IMG/VR virus record: IMGVR_UViG_3300030103_004875
DNA from: a virus
Strand: one strand, 5' to 3'
Length of the DNA stretch: 64,000 nt
The position numbers and the translations under genes are program-made. The notes beneath the pieces were generated by a model that saw only the letters and a list, made by a program, of their open reading frames with translations, was not told the origin of the DNA and did no database searches. Of the stretch, positions 41,375 through 50,752 are shown piece by piece. Numbering within the stretch: position 1 is the stretch's first letter; each line of letters opens with the position of its first letter.

Positions 41375-42397
41375 ATGAAAATGATCAATGCTATTATTGC
41401 ATCCTTGGCACTCAGTGGAGTTGCTGCTGCCGGGGAACAGGAAATGGATGTGCTCGATCGCGTCCAGATTGATGCCGCTACTCGCGCATCATTAAAGTCA
41501 GACTGGTTGTCGGTGAACCTCGGCGGTTTTCTTCAAACAGGTTGGCAGTATTCAAACGGTGGTGACCTTCCAGCAGAGAATGGTTTCTTCGTTCAGCGTG
41601 CAAGACTCGAACTTTCAGGAGATATGAGTGATGAATCAATGTCGTATCAGGTCGCAGGTGAGTGGAGCGATTCCACTGGTAGCTTCGATCTTATTGATGC
41701 TAACCTCACTCTTCGCATGTTCGACTTTGCCAATGTCCGGGTCGGCCGGTTCGTCTCCAGTTTTTACACCGGATTCGTTGACAACCCAACCCATCTTACA
41801 ACCAAGAACTACAGTGTCTCAGCCCTCACCTTCGGTCAAGGCCGAGGAGACGGTGTTGAACTCTTCCGAAGTTTCGGGGACATCGAAGTTAGTGCCTTCT
41901 ACAACAATGGTTTCAGCAACCTCGGCGGAGTCGGTAGTAACAACTATGCCCTCGGTATTGTCGGGCGTTATGACCTTGGCGACGGTCTTGCTTTTAGTGG
42001 TGGGTTTGCAAGTAATTCTGTCGGACCGCAAACGGTAAACAATCTTACTGCCAGTGGTTCTTACGTTAGTGGTCCTTGGGACGCTTCCGTTGAGTTTATT
42101 ATCAACAACCAAGGTGAGGACTTTGACAACTGGTCGCTAGTTTCCACGGTTGGTTATCAGTGTACTGATGACTTCCAAGGATTTGCTCAATGGGAGTGGG
42201 GTGATTACGATGGTAGTCTGAACTTACTCACCGTTGGTGGTAACTATGATCTCGGACATAATCTCGTCTGGACCAACACCGTTGGTCTTGCGATGGACAG
42301 TCTTGGATCAAACTTTGTAACGGACAACACTGGATGGCGCGCCGGTAGCGGTGGTGGACAGTGGGTTGCCCGTAGTGTAATTACTTTTAGTTTCTGA
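41375..42397 (+). CDS. Outer-membrane beta-barrel porin (OprO/OprP-like)
   Basis: Signal peptide, GF.VQRARL..SG, amphipathic strands, C-terminal Phe (ITFSF). Confidence 0.75.
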   Translation: MKMINAIIASLALSGVAAAGEQEMDVLDRVQIDAATRASLKSDWLSVNLGGFLQTGWQYSNGGDLPAENGFFVQRARLELSGDMSDESMSYQVAGEWSDSTGSFDLIDANLTLRMFDFANVRVGRFVSSFYTGFVDNPTHLTTKNYSVSALTFGQGRGDGVELFRSFGDIEVSAFYNNGFSNLGGVGSNNYALGIVGRYDLGDGLAFSGGFASNSVGPQTVNNLTASGSYVSGPWDASVEFIINNQGEDFDNWSLVSTVGYQCTDDFQGFAQWEWGDYDGSLNLLTVGGNYDLGHNLVWTNTVGLAMDSLGSNFVTDNTGWRAGSGGGQWVARSVITFSF

Positions 42398-42418
42398 ATT
42401 TAATAAAGGAGATATAAA

Positions 42419-42706
42419 ATGGCTAATAAAGTAGAAACATGTTCAACTTCATGCTGTCCTTGGGGATGGCTCGGTAAGAGATTCTTTGGTCTTTCACTTG
42501 GACTTTGGTTCATTGTGTTTGCAGTTCTTCCGCATACCGTTCAGGGTCTTTCGTGGACTGCTAACATGATTTCCAGTGCCTGGAGACCATCAGAACGTGT
42601 GGTTGTTGTTGAACCAGTTGAGATGCGACCGGTCCGTGCTGAAATGACAGATCCGCGAGGAATCCGTCGTGGGGTTGTTCGACCAACTCCAGCACCTTCC
42701 GAGTAA
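42419..42706 (+). CDS. Small membrane protein
   Basis: AAGGAG SD; one hydrophobic helix; N-terminal CSTSCC. Confidence 0.6.
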   Translation: MANKVETCSTSCCPWGWLGKRFFGLSLGLWFIVFAVLPHTVQGLSWTANMISSAWRPSERVVVVEPVEMRPVRAEMTDPRGIRRGVVRPTPAPSE

Positions 42707-42719
42707 AAATTTATATATA

Positions 42720-42787
42720 GTGTACACTTAAAATTTAAGTGGATCACTCCTGCGCACGGGGATGCATATGCATCCCCGTGTTTTTTT
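42720..42787 (+). ncRNA. Candidate sRNA A carrying a 16S-3'-end-like (anti-SD) motif
   Basis: TATATATA 42712-42719, hairpin cacttaa/ttaagtg, TGGATCACTCCTGC 42740-42753, then terminator and T7. Confidence 0.45.
42755..42787 (+). terminator. Intrinsic terminator
   Basis: 26-nt perfect palindrome cacggggatgcatatgcatccccgtg followed by TTTTTTT. Confidence 0.85.
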
Positions 42788-42795
42788 GATAAATA
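42788..42795 (+). promoter_or_regulatory. Late promoter (GATAAATA) for the RuvC-like gene
   Basis: NATAAATA ending 5 nt before ATG 42801. Confidence 0.55.
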
Positions 42796-42800
42796 ATAGT

Positions 42801-43379
42801 ATGAGCGAAAAGGAATTTATAGCTGGAATAGATTATAGTTTATGTGGACCTGCAATTTGTATCAGTGATATGAATGAGCCATTTGACTTTTATAGTTGTG
42901 AGTTTTTCTTTCTTACTAATATTAAAAAATATGCAAAGAAAATAAAACAAAATATCACTGGAGAGACATTTCTAGACTATAATCAAGAGATTCAGAGATA
43001 TGAAACAATAGCAGACTGGGCAGTGGATAAGGTTGTGGGGTGCTCTCGCATAGGCCTTGAAGGATATGCTTATAACGCTACCGGAAAGATCTTTCATATA
43101 GCAGAAAATACTGGTGTCCTGAAGTATAAATTATACCAAAAATCTCTTCCTGTTGATGTATTCACTCCCAGCGTAATTAAAAAGTTTGCAACTGGCAAGG
43201 GAAACGCGAGTAAAGAAAAAATGTATGAATCGTTCTTGCAGGAGACAGGTGTTCCCCTCAACTCTTTTTTGGGGATGTCTAGGCAAAAAACGGAACCTCA
43301 GAAAATAAAAAGTCCAGTATCTGATATAGTGGACTCATATTATATTTGTAAATTTTTAAGATATGAAATTATTGTTTAG
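42801..43379 (+). CDS. RuvC-like Holliday junction resolvase
   Basis: GIDYS...P, LEGYAY, IAENTG.LK, KKFATGKGNA.K and D.VDSY motifs. Confidence 0.85.
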   Translation: MSEKEFIAGIDYSLCGPAICISDMNEPFDFYSCEFFFLTNIKKYAKKIKQNITGETFLDYNQEIQRYETIADWAVDKVVGCSRIGLEGYAYNATGKIFHIAENTGVLKYKLYQKSLPVDVFTPSVIKKFATGKGNASKEKMYESFLQETGVPLNSFLGMSRQKTEPQKIKSPVSDIVDSYYICKFLRYEIIV

Positions 43380-43584
43380 GTTTTTTGAATTCGTGCCACA
43401 CTAAAAGTCCAACGCCTATTGTTACAGTTCCCCATATGATGTAAGGGAAAATGCTGTCAGATTCCTTTGATTCGCTTTCGTAACTAGGAGGTTTTTCGGT
43501 TCTTGTGTAATCGGATCCTCTTAAAGTTTGAGTGCCAGCACAACCGACTAGGAATATAATGCATCCAATTAGTAAATTTTTCAT
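43369..43584 (-). CDS. Small lipoprotein with C-terminal TM helix
   Basis: Lipobox LVGC; second hydrophobic segment. Confidence 0.6.
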   Translation of the reverse strand: MKNLLIGCIIFLVGCAGTQTLRGSDYTRTEKPPSYESESKESDSIFPYIIWGTVTIGVGLLVWHEFKKPKQ

Positions 43585-44588
43585 GGGGTTTCACCTTTAT
43601 ATAATCTTCTAACTCTTCCTTTTGAGAATTCCACTATTTTACTAAAAAGACTTTCAATGTGATTGTCATAGTAATTCCCTTGCGTTTCTGATAGCAAAGC
43701 GTACCATACTGAGATATGTCTAGTCTCTTTTAGTAGTTGACATATCTCAGTTGCGTTTTGAACATCTGCGTTCTGATTGCTTGATTGATCCGGATTGTTA
43801 TTTGTGTTTCCCTCTGTTTGATGAGAAATGATCGGGATCATTGGTTTTGAATAACCAAACTCTGCTCTTAATGCTCTTCTTATCTGTTTTGCTTGGTATG
43901 TTCTGTCCCCGTTTATGGTTCTTTCATACGCCGGATGTCCCTCTGGGTAATAGTGATAAAACACCGGGGAAAGGAAATCTACCGAATCGTAGAAAGTTCT
44001 GGGAAGTAAGGTGTTTGATTGTCCATTTGAGTCATATACAACTTTTGACGCAGATATGAAGTTATTGATTCTTGTTTCTAGGTTTCCCAGACCTGAATTA
44101 TGACTAGTTCCATATCTCCAAACACCGATCTTTGCTTTCGGAACAAACTCTCTCAGTACCTTTATTCTTTTGATTAGACCTTTAACAAATATTTCAATAT
44201 GTTCTTGTGAAAGATTTTCAATCGAAAGAAAGTTAAATGGTTTCTCTATGTCAATTATGATATAACCTTTTGTCTCTGAGTTAAGGTAAGTGTTCCTTAT
44301 TACCCCTCTTGCGTCACCGTTGTTTATGAGGGTTTCTAATTTTTCTCGGATCTGATCTTCGGTGACTTCATCATATTCTTGTATCGCTTCTGGCCCGGTG
44401 TCATTTATACCAAGCAGATCTGAGTTACCAAACCAGAATATGCTGGTTTTTTTCCCGGTTAGTATGTCCTCCGGATTTGTTGCTACCCTAATTACTCCAG
44501 GCGCCAGAGTTATATCTCTTCGTTTTTTTATACGAAATTTTTTAAACCAAGAAACTAATCTTCCTATTGAAATTTTAATTATTTTCAT
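43581..44588 (-). CDS. Hypothetical protein, possibly TIM-barrel/glycoside-hydrolase-like
   Basis: IIIDIE, P.AKIG.W and DFLSP.FY motifs (weak). Confidence 0.45.
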   Translation of the reverse strand: MKIIKISIGRLVSWFKKFRIKKRRDITLAPGVIRVATNPEDILTGKKTSIFWFGNSDLLGINDTGPEAIQEYDEVTEDQIREKLETLINNGDARGVIRNTYLNSETKGYIIIDIEKPFNFLSIENLSQEHIEIFVKGLIKRIKVLREFVPKAKIGVWRYGTSHNSGLGNLETRINNFISASKVVYDSNGQSNTLLPRTFYDSVDFLSPVFYHYYPEGHPAYERTINGDRTYQAKQIRRALRAEFGYSKPMIPIISHQTEGNTNNNPDQSSNQNADVQNATEICQLLKETRHISVWYALLSETQGNYYDNHIESLFSKIVEFSKGRVRRLYKGETP

Positions 44589-45037
44589 CGGTTCTTTCCT
44601 GCTGCGTTACCGAAGTAGAATCCTACAATGGTAACTAGAATTTGTCTATTCTCCTGAGTAAACAAAAACCCATTTATACTCTCGAAGGAAATGTAAGTAT
44701 TGGTCCCGAATAATCCAAAGAAATCAAGGGGTGCGTAGCGAGTTTCTTTCAACTCTACCACTGTTGGAATTGAGAAAAATGGTAAAATGAATGGTGCCAT
44801 AATGGTCCCAAACAAAATCGATAGAACAATAATTCTACGAACTACTTTTCCTGCTTCGATCGAAACTCGACTGGCGGCCGCATCTGCAACCTCACTATTC
44901 TTATCAATCAGGGACAGGGTTCTTTCGAACCTCTCTTTTTCGTCCTGTCGTCTTTCTGCTATCGATTTGAAGATAAATCCGGCGAGACTTCCGCCTATCA
45001 TCGAGAGAAATTCAGTTGTCAGTAGACTTTCTAGCAT
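44585..45037 (-). CDS. Multi-TM membrane protein, holin-like
   Basis: Hydrophobic segments; ends IVGFYFG; start placed at ATG 45037. Confidence 0.55.
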   Translation of the reverse strand: MLESLLTTEFLSMIGGSLAGFIFKSIAERRQDEKERFERTLSLIDKNSEVADAAASRVSIEAGKVVRRIIVLSILFGTIMAPFILPFFSIPTVVELKETRYAPLDFFGLFGTNTYISFESINGFLFTQENRQILVTIVGFYFGNAAGKNR

Positions 45038-45626
45038 TCTTCTTCTTCTTTCTTCGCTTAAGGAGTCTGTGTAGTGGGTTATCCCTTCGAATTGATTGAG
45101 GGATTCCTTTCCCAAACCCTTCGTATCCTGGCAGTGAATCAAATCCAGCAATTGCATTGGACCGAGAAACTGGATCAGGACTTAAATTCATATTGTTCGC
45201 GCCAAACGCACCTGCACCCATAGAATTTGCGGGTGCATCTTCAAACATTAAATCTATTTTTTCTTCTTTTAAGTTTATTCCATTTTCGGCGAAGAATATG
45301 TCGATACCTTCAATAAGTGATTTACCATCACCGCCAATTTTTTCTGTTTCCTCTCCAAATAATTTTAACGCAGTGATTACGGATTGTAATTGTGCCCTTG
45401 TTTTTGGATCGGGAACTTTACCAAATATTTTCTTTACATTAATTATCATTTGATAATACGGAGAATATGCTTGCTGTTCTTGACCAGTTTTGGGTTCTTT
45501 TATCTTAATACCATTTGCATCAATTATTCCTAGTTTATAGGCTGGGAAGGATGTAAATGGTGCAGTGATATCCTTTATAAATTTGTACATTGTGAATGAT
45601 GTGATGTATGATCCGAGACTGTTCAT
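45012..45626 (-). CDS. Conserved T4-like phage late-region protein
   Basis: Y.FIK....PF....AYKLGIID.NG and E.APANS motifs. Confidence 0.7.
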   Translation of the reverse strand: MNSLGSYITSFTMYKFIKDITAPFTSFPAYKLGIIDANGIKIKEPKTGQEQQAYSPYYQMIINVKKIFGKVPDPKTRAQLQSVITALKLFGEETEKIGGDGKSLIEGIDIFFAENGINLKEEKIDLMFEDAPANSMGAGAFGANNMNLSPDPVSRSNAIAGFDSLPGYEGFGKGIPQSIRRDNPLHRLLKRRKKKKNARKSTDN

Positions 45627-46000
45627 TTTAAGTTTTCCAATGACTTTGCTATTTTACTGTCCACGTTCACATACTTTAAATTCAACTCCGGGATGTCTAT
45701 TGGTAGATATTTTAAATAATCAAGAAAGGCTTTTAGATATGAATGGTGTTCTTGTGTTACATTAAAAAATAACATTCTTACACAAAATTCAGTTCCAAAT
45801 AAATTATTAAGAACTATGATATGATTTAGAATTAGCCTTTCCCTTAGTTCTCCCGACTTGTGATACTTACTGAACAATCGTTTTATGTATTTTATTCTAT
45901 GTAAATCCTCTTGAAACTCTTCCATACTTTCACAAGCAGGATTTTCGTAAGTTTTAAGGGCCATCATAATAAAATTTTGATCAGTAAGTCGAACGCTCAT
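45623..46000 (-). CDS. Conserved T4-like phage protein
   Basis: Y.NP.C...EF.EDL.R.KYIKRL, ERLILNH.I.L.N.FG. Confidence 0.75.
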   Translation of the reverse strand: MSVRLTDQNFIMMALKTYENPACESMEEFQEDLHRIKYIKRLFSKYHKSGELRERLILNHIIVLNNLFGTEFCVRMLFFNVTQEHHSYLKAFLDYLKYLPIDIPELNLKYVNVDSKIAKSLENLK

Positions 46001-46590
46001 TTTTTATACTGTGTAAACGATTCTAGAGTATCTTTTTCTTTCTTTTCTGATTTACCCGGATGAAGAACCTTTGAGTCTGTTTCTGTTGGTTTGTCTTCGA
46101 CATCAAAGGATGCGTTTTCTGAAACCTCAGATACATTTGCTTCTATTCTGTATAGTCCATTTGGAACGTCGATTAACTTTACGTTTAAGGCAAATGCTTT
46201 ACCATCAGAAAATCCATTTGTATTATCAAATTCGTCGATCGGTGTGTCAACTGCTTTACCAAATGTTCCACCGAAGCGAGTTAATTCAAAGGATTTATTT
46301 TCGGTGGTTAGTTCTACTGATTTGTCAATTTTAAAATCTAACCCTGTGAGGTTTAGTTTTGATCGGAGTACACCCAGTGCTGCTCTTGGATCAAGAAACT
46401 CTTTTTGTGTGAACGCATGAATAAATGCATTTACCCTTTTGAGTTGGGCTGGACTTTCGGTTCTATAGACACCTGCATCACTATATGCGGATCTCCCGTG
46501 ACTGTCCTCGGGATCGCCTATTCCGAACCCTCCGCCGTCACCGTATTCGCTTTCGTTTATTTTTTGTAATATTTGATCGTAAGTTTTCAT
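45997..46590 (-). CDS. Hypothetical protein with head-internal-protein-like N-terminus
   Basis: Begins MKTYDQILQKINE. Confidence 0.6.
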   Translation of the reverse strand: MKTYDQILQKINESEYGDGGGFGIGDPEDSHGRSAYSDAGVYRTESPAQLKRVNAFIHAFTQKEFLDPRAALGVLRSKLNLTGLDFKIDKSVELTTENKSFELTRFGGTFGKAVDTPIDEFDNTNGFSDGKAFALNVKLIDVPNGLYRIEANVSEVSENASFDVEDKPTETDSKVLHPGKSEKKEKDTLESFTQYKK

Positions 46591-46609
46591 AGAAGTCTCC
46601 TAACTCTAT

Positions 46610-47872
46610 TTAGCCTTTTTTCCAGCCCCCACCACGCTTCTTATACCATTTTGATGCCCATCCGTTTGCGTATGCACTTGGATAAACATCAAATTTTTTC
46701 TTTGCGAGTGATTTAGCTCTGGACCATAGTGAGGGGTTGGTTGGTACGTTTTTCTCTGTGAGTTCAGTGCCTTCTGGTTCGAAGTGACTCTTTAGGGTTG
46801 CACCGTTGGTTTTGGGATTATACTTGTATTCTGAGGGCTTTCTACCGGATCTCGTTGCAGCACGATCCTTTGCTCTACCCGAAGCACCCATTGATTGTCT
46901 CTTTTTACCATGCTTGGTAAGTTCTTTAGTCCCTGATTTGAAAGAACCAGATTTCTGAAGTTGCATAGTTGCTGTTGCGTGTGCTTTGTCTTTAGGCATT
47001 CCCTTACCTAAAAGTTGAGACACCAGTCTATCATAAAGTTTACCTTCTGAAATTTCATTACCTTCTGGCTCATAAGAACTGTTTAGTGAACCACAATCCC
47101 ATTTTCTGAGTGAAAGGGCCTTTCTAGTTGGTCTTCCTTTCTCGTCTTTCATTGGACCTGGCATACCACTCATACGAGCACAGAATGATTTACGTCTCTT
47201 TGCTGCTTTTCCGCCTTTGCTCTTGGCCGCTTGCTCTCGGGAGACGGGTGCCTTCAGATCACTTCCGGGATTCTCTCGCTCATAGGATTTTCGTCCTGCG
47301 GCGTTGAGCCCACCCTCTTTGTTCTTACCCTCTTTTCTTTGCCATGCAGCAGATTTTTCGTTCAGTTGTTCTTCTCTTACATTGTAATTTTTATCTAGTG
47401 TGGCATACTCTAGGACTTCATTTCCCTTGGAATCTGAAAGAACAATAAGTCTTACGTTTGGGGATATTTTCTCGATGGATTCTACAATGTAAGAAAACCC
47501 ATGATCTTTTAAAATGGTGCAACCCTCTTTTATTTCGGAGAGTGGTAGTTCTACTATTTTTCTCATTGTATTTTCCTTGGTTTCTATTTTATTGGAAACC
47601 ATTACTGGGCTTCCACCTTTACCCGAACGATCAGCAACGGGATCTTTTCTTCTTTTTCTGCGGACAGCAGCAGCCCTTTGTTTCTTTGACATTTTTGCTG
47701 CCTTTTCCCGAGAAAGGCACTTAGGCTTACCCTCTCCAGGCCCTCTTGCACATTTTCCTATGCGTTCACCTTTGGTGTTGTATCTGTCCCAACCACCACC
47801 TCCGACGCCACCCTTGCCGCCGGTTCCGAACCATTTACGAAGATCTTCTTTTAGTCTTTGTTTATCGACCAT
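46610..47872 (-). CDS. Modular, very basic protein; putative head-packaged polyprotein
   Basis: Modules LRKWF...GW, AWQRKEGK..GGLN..FCARM and PSAYANGW..K.YK..GG.W, separated by EPEG..(I/L)xE linkers. Confidence 0.7.
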   Translation of the reverse strand: MVDKQRLKEDLRKWFGTGGKGGVGGGGWDRYNTKGERIGKCARGPGEGKPKCLSREKAAKMSKKQRAAAVRRKRRKDPVADRSGKGGSPVMVSNKIETKENTMRKIVELPLSEIKEGCTILKDHGFSYIVESIEKISPNVRLIVLSDSKGNEVLEYATLDKNYNVREEQLNEKSAAWQRKEGKNKEGGLNAAGRKSYERENPGSDLKAPVSREQAAKSKGGKAAKRRKSFCARMSGMPGPMKDEKGRPTRKALSLRKWDCGSLNSSYEPEGNEISEGKLYDRLVSQLLGKGMPKDKAHATATMQLQKSGSFKSGTKELTKHGKKRQSMGASGRAKDRAATRSGRKPSEYKYNPKTNGATLKSHFEPEGTELTEKNVPTNPSLWSRAKSLAKKKFDVYPSAYANGWASKWYKKRGGGWKKG

Positions 47873-48131
47873 TTTCTTCTAAAGACTTTCTTATCCATAA
47901 CAAATCTGTTTTTATCTCTGCAAGATCTGTCATCAGTGTTGCACGAAAAGTTTCGCTGGTATCGAGTCGTGAATCTAAACTCACTATATCTTTTTCTATG
48001 AACTGTAATCTAGTGGAAAATGAAGCATCCTTTTGACTAATATAAGCCACAGCAGATCCAAAAGTAATGATCCAGCCTAGCACGGCACTTATTACAGAGA
48101 TCTTTATTCCCTGTTTATTAGTATCAGTCAT
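47862..48131 (-). CDS. Single-TM coiled-coil protein
   Basis: N-terminal TM helix followed by heptads. Confidence 0.6.
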   Translation of the reverse strand: MTDTNKQGIKISVISAVLGWIITFGSAVAYISQKDASFSTRLQFIEKDIVSLDSRLDTSETFRATLMTDLAEIKTDLLWIRKSLEENGR

Positions 48132-50694
48132 TTTTTAATTTACCTTTTTTGCGAGAGACTAAATATGGTGTTTTTGCACCGGGAGTACCCTCTATGTAGT
48201 TTTTTAGTAACTTATCTGTCCCTTCGTCTCCGGCTCCGTGCTCCTCACCTAAGCGATGTTTATTGTCTGCTCGATTCGATCTGACTGATCGTACTCTGAG
48301 ATTAGAATCTCCGTTATTGAGTGCGTTTCCATCCTTATGATCTATATCTTTTCCGTCACCTTTACGGGCTTTTCCCTTTTTAATCATTTTTCTTCTAGCA
48401 AGAACGCGATTTGATCTTTTCTTTCTTTGCTTCGCTTTCCCATGAAATGTTCTATACTCATGCTTATAATCTCTCTTTGAGGGATCATCTTGTTCGAAGA
48501 GTGCAGAAAAAGATTCATTCATTTCATCATCTTCCCTATCCTCTACCGTATCAAAGTCCGGTTTTTCGGGTAAAACTGGAATTTTAGTAGTTTTTCCATC
48601 AACTGTTATGACATTGAAAACTTCATCCTCCTGCATTTTGTTATTTGCATCACCACTCACTGAGATATCAAGGGAACTAGAAAGTTCTCTTAAAATTTCT
48701 TGAGGATTTTTTGTATAAAAATCTGAAAGCATTTCTGGAGTCATGATAAACGCCATATCACCATCTGGTTTTATATTGGGCTTATTTTGCTCAACAATCT
48801 CTAATTTTTTCCCTTTGAGTTCGAATCTGAATGTTGGTTGGGTAATTCTTCCTCTGCTTTTTGCCCTGATCCCGACATAAGTCTTAGGCATTAAACTTGA
48901 GACATAATTACCATCAACATCCCCTATTTCCTCAAACCCTGCGGGACTCAATAGGTGGGTTGCTGCTGCATCCGGATTATCTGCAAATGCTCTACTCCCA
49001 GTTAGTGCCTCGTGAACTAAATGTCTTTTGAAGTCCTCGTTATCAGATAAAAAGGTAGTGAAGTCTTGCTGTAGGTCTCTGGTGAGGGAACCCTTATACT
49101 TTTCCCAGTTGTACTTATCTTGAAGTTTACCATTCTTAAACATCTCTTGGAACCAAGGTTTGTCGCCGTGACGATCCATTGCTTCCTCTAAGTTTTTTGG
49201 ATCAATCATCTTATTTGGTAAAGATTTCAAAGATTTAGACACTTTCTTTGCTGCGGACTGCATAAGTTCATTATCTTGTGTGCCGATCGCTGAGGCGAGG
49301 TTCTCCAGCGTTCTAGCGGTTGTCTGAGCACTCTCGCTGGATAGTTGAATGTCACCTTCCATTTTAACGGATATCCGGTTGTCCCCACAAATTAAGTCTG
49401 TTTTTGGTTCTGGCCTACCGAATATACCAACTTCATCTGAGTGTTTCAGACTTCCTCTGCATTCTTCTGGTATATTTTGCACTGTCTTCTTTGCCATTCC
49501 AAAAACATCTTTACCAAACGCTTTCAGATTATTTCCTGCTAATTCATCTCTCTTTGCTAATGCTTCATCGCTAACACCTGCCGATTTTGCTGCGATATAG
49601 GCAATCGCCCATTCAAACTGTACACCTCTACCCTGAGTTATATTCTTTGCAGGACCGGGATACTCGACATTATCTGGGCTCATTGGGGGTTGAGTTGGCA
49701 TAAAAGGATCTAGTGCATCATACTCTGCTTGTGCTTGTTGCTCTGCTGCCGCTGCGATGTCTTCCTCACTCCCCGGATCTTCCGGAGAACCTTGTTCCGC
49801 TTCTTTTTTCTTGGCCTCTGCCTCTTTTTCAGTTTGTTTTTGATCTTTTACATCTTTCATCATATCAGATACGTCGCCAAATATTTCAATTGAAGTTGGT
49901 GTTTGCTTGAACTTCTTTTGATTTATTGCACCCTGAATGTCTGTCATAGTAGGCTTTGGTTTATCTGGGCCTCCCTTTAGAACAGAATCATCAACAGGAT
50001 CTGGTCGAACCACGACCTCTACGTTACCACTTTTCCTTTTCTGCACTAAGTACAGGTCAGGTGGTAGATATTTTGCTACTTCGTTTAGTAATTCGGGCTT
50101 TTCCATAAATTCGTCGAACTCCTGTTGATCAAACCAATCGAGATGTTCTAGATGTGTAGAGAGTGTTGAGTGAATATTTCTTACCTCTCGATCAGAAAGG
50201 TGTTTTGGCATAATAGATTTAAATGATGTCACACCACTCTTCGCTCGCTTTCTGGCCTCTGTTCCAGATGCACGTTCCACTCTATCATGAGAATCTGGAT
50301 CGCGGTGACCGGCAGATACTACGTTTACTGATTTAAGACCAGAGTGCTTTGCTAGAGCATCTGATTTTTTACTCATTTCCTCGTGTCTATCTGACCCCAC
50401 GACTAATGTTGCATGGGAGTATCCATTCTTAGCGGCATGTTCTGCGGCATGAAACATGTTTCTTACCTTTGGATGGGAAACAACATTATGACCCCTCAGA
50501 ACTTTCTTTGCTATACCGTGCTTAACGTCGGGTGGTAATGGGTTTTTCTTTTTGTCGTGAGATTGACTTAAATATACAGCATGATCCGCGTCAATTTTTT
50601 TGGCGTGATCCTTTACCGCATTTGCTAATTTCAGGTGACCAACATGTGGTGGGTTAAATCTACCAAATGTCATTACAAGGTGTTTGTCTGCCAT
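48124..50694 (-). CDS. Multidomain protein: cytidylyltransferase-like + PD-(D/E)xK-like + HNH
   Basis: TFGRFNPPH.GH, VGSDR, SAG.RDPD; central PKTDL..ISVK; C-terminal DIDHKDGN..NN..NLRV. Confidence 0.75.
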   Translation of the reverse strand: MADKHLVMTFGRFNPPHVGHLKLANAVKDHAKKIDADHAVYLSQSHDKKKNPLPPDVKHGIAKKVLRGHNVVSHPKVRNMFHAAEHAAKNGYSHATLVVGSDRHEEMSKKSDALAKHSGLKSVNVVSAGHRDPDSHDRVERASGTEARKRAKSGVTSFKSIMPKHLSDREVRNIHSTLSTHLEHLDWFDQQEFDEFMEKPELLNEVAKYLPPDLYLVQKRKSGNVEVVVRPDPVDDSVLKGGPDKPKPTMTDIQGAINQKKFKQTPTSIEIFGDVSDMMKDVKDQKQTEKEAEAKKKEAEQGSPEDPGSEEDIAAAAEQQAQAEYDALDPFMPTQPPMSPDNVEYPGPAKNITQGRGVQFEWAIAYIAAKSAGVSDEALAKRDELAGNNLKAFGKDVFGMAKKTVQNIPEECRGSLKHSDEVGIFGRPEPKTDLICGDNRISVKMEGDIQLSSESAQTTARTLENLASAIGTQDNELMQSAAKKVSKSLKSLPNKMIDPKNLEEAMDRHGDKPWFQEMFKNGKLQDKYNWEKYKGSLTRDLQQDFTTFLSDNEDFKRHLVHEALTGSRAFADNPDAAATHLLSPAGFEEIGDVDGNYVSSLMPKTYVGIRAKSRGRITQPTFRFELKGKKLEIVEQNKPNIKPDGDMAFIMTPEMLSDFYTKNPQEILRELSSSLDISVSGDANNKMQEDEVFNVITVDGKTTKIPVLPEKPDFDTVEDREDDEMNESFSALFEQDDPSKRDYKHEYRTFHGKAKQRKKRSNRVLARRKMIKKGKARKGDGKDIDHKDGNALNNGDSNLRVRSVRSNRADNKHRLGEEHGAGDEGTDKLLKNYIEGTPGAKTPYLVSRKKGKLKND

Positions 50695-50710
50695 AGTGCA
50701 TTCTCCACCA

Positions 50711-50718
50711 TATTTATA
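50711..50718 (-). promoter_or_regulatory. T4 late promoter TATAAATA
   Basis: Exact consensus on the - strand, followed by GGAG SD and ATG 50694. Confidence 0.7.
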
Positions 50719-50752
50719 AAAAAAATAGGAAGGATGATGCCATCCTTCCTAT
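50718..50752 (-). terminator. Intrinsic terminator
   Basis: 12-bp stem ataggaaggatg/catccttcctat with 4-nt loop, followed by a U-tract on the - strand. Confidence 0.85.
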
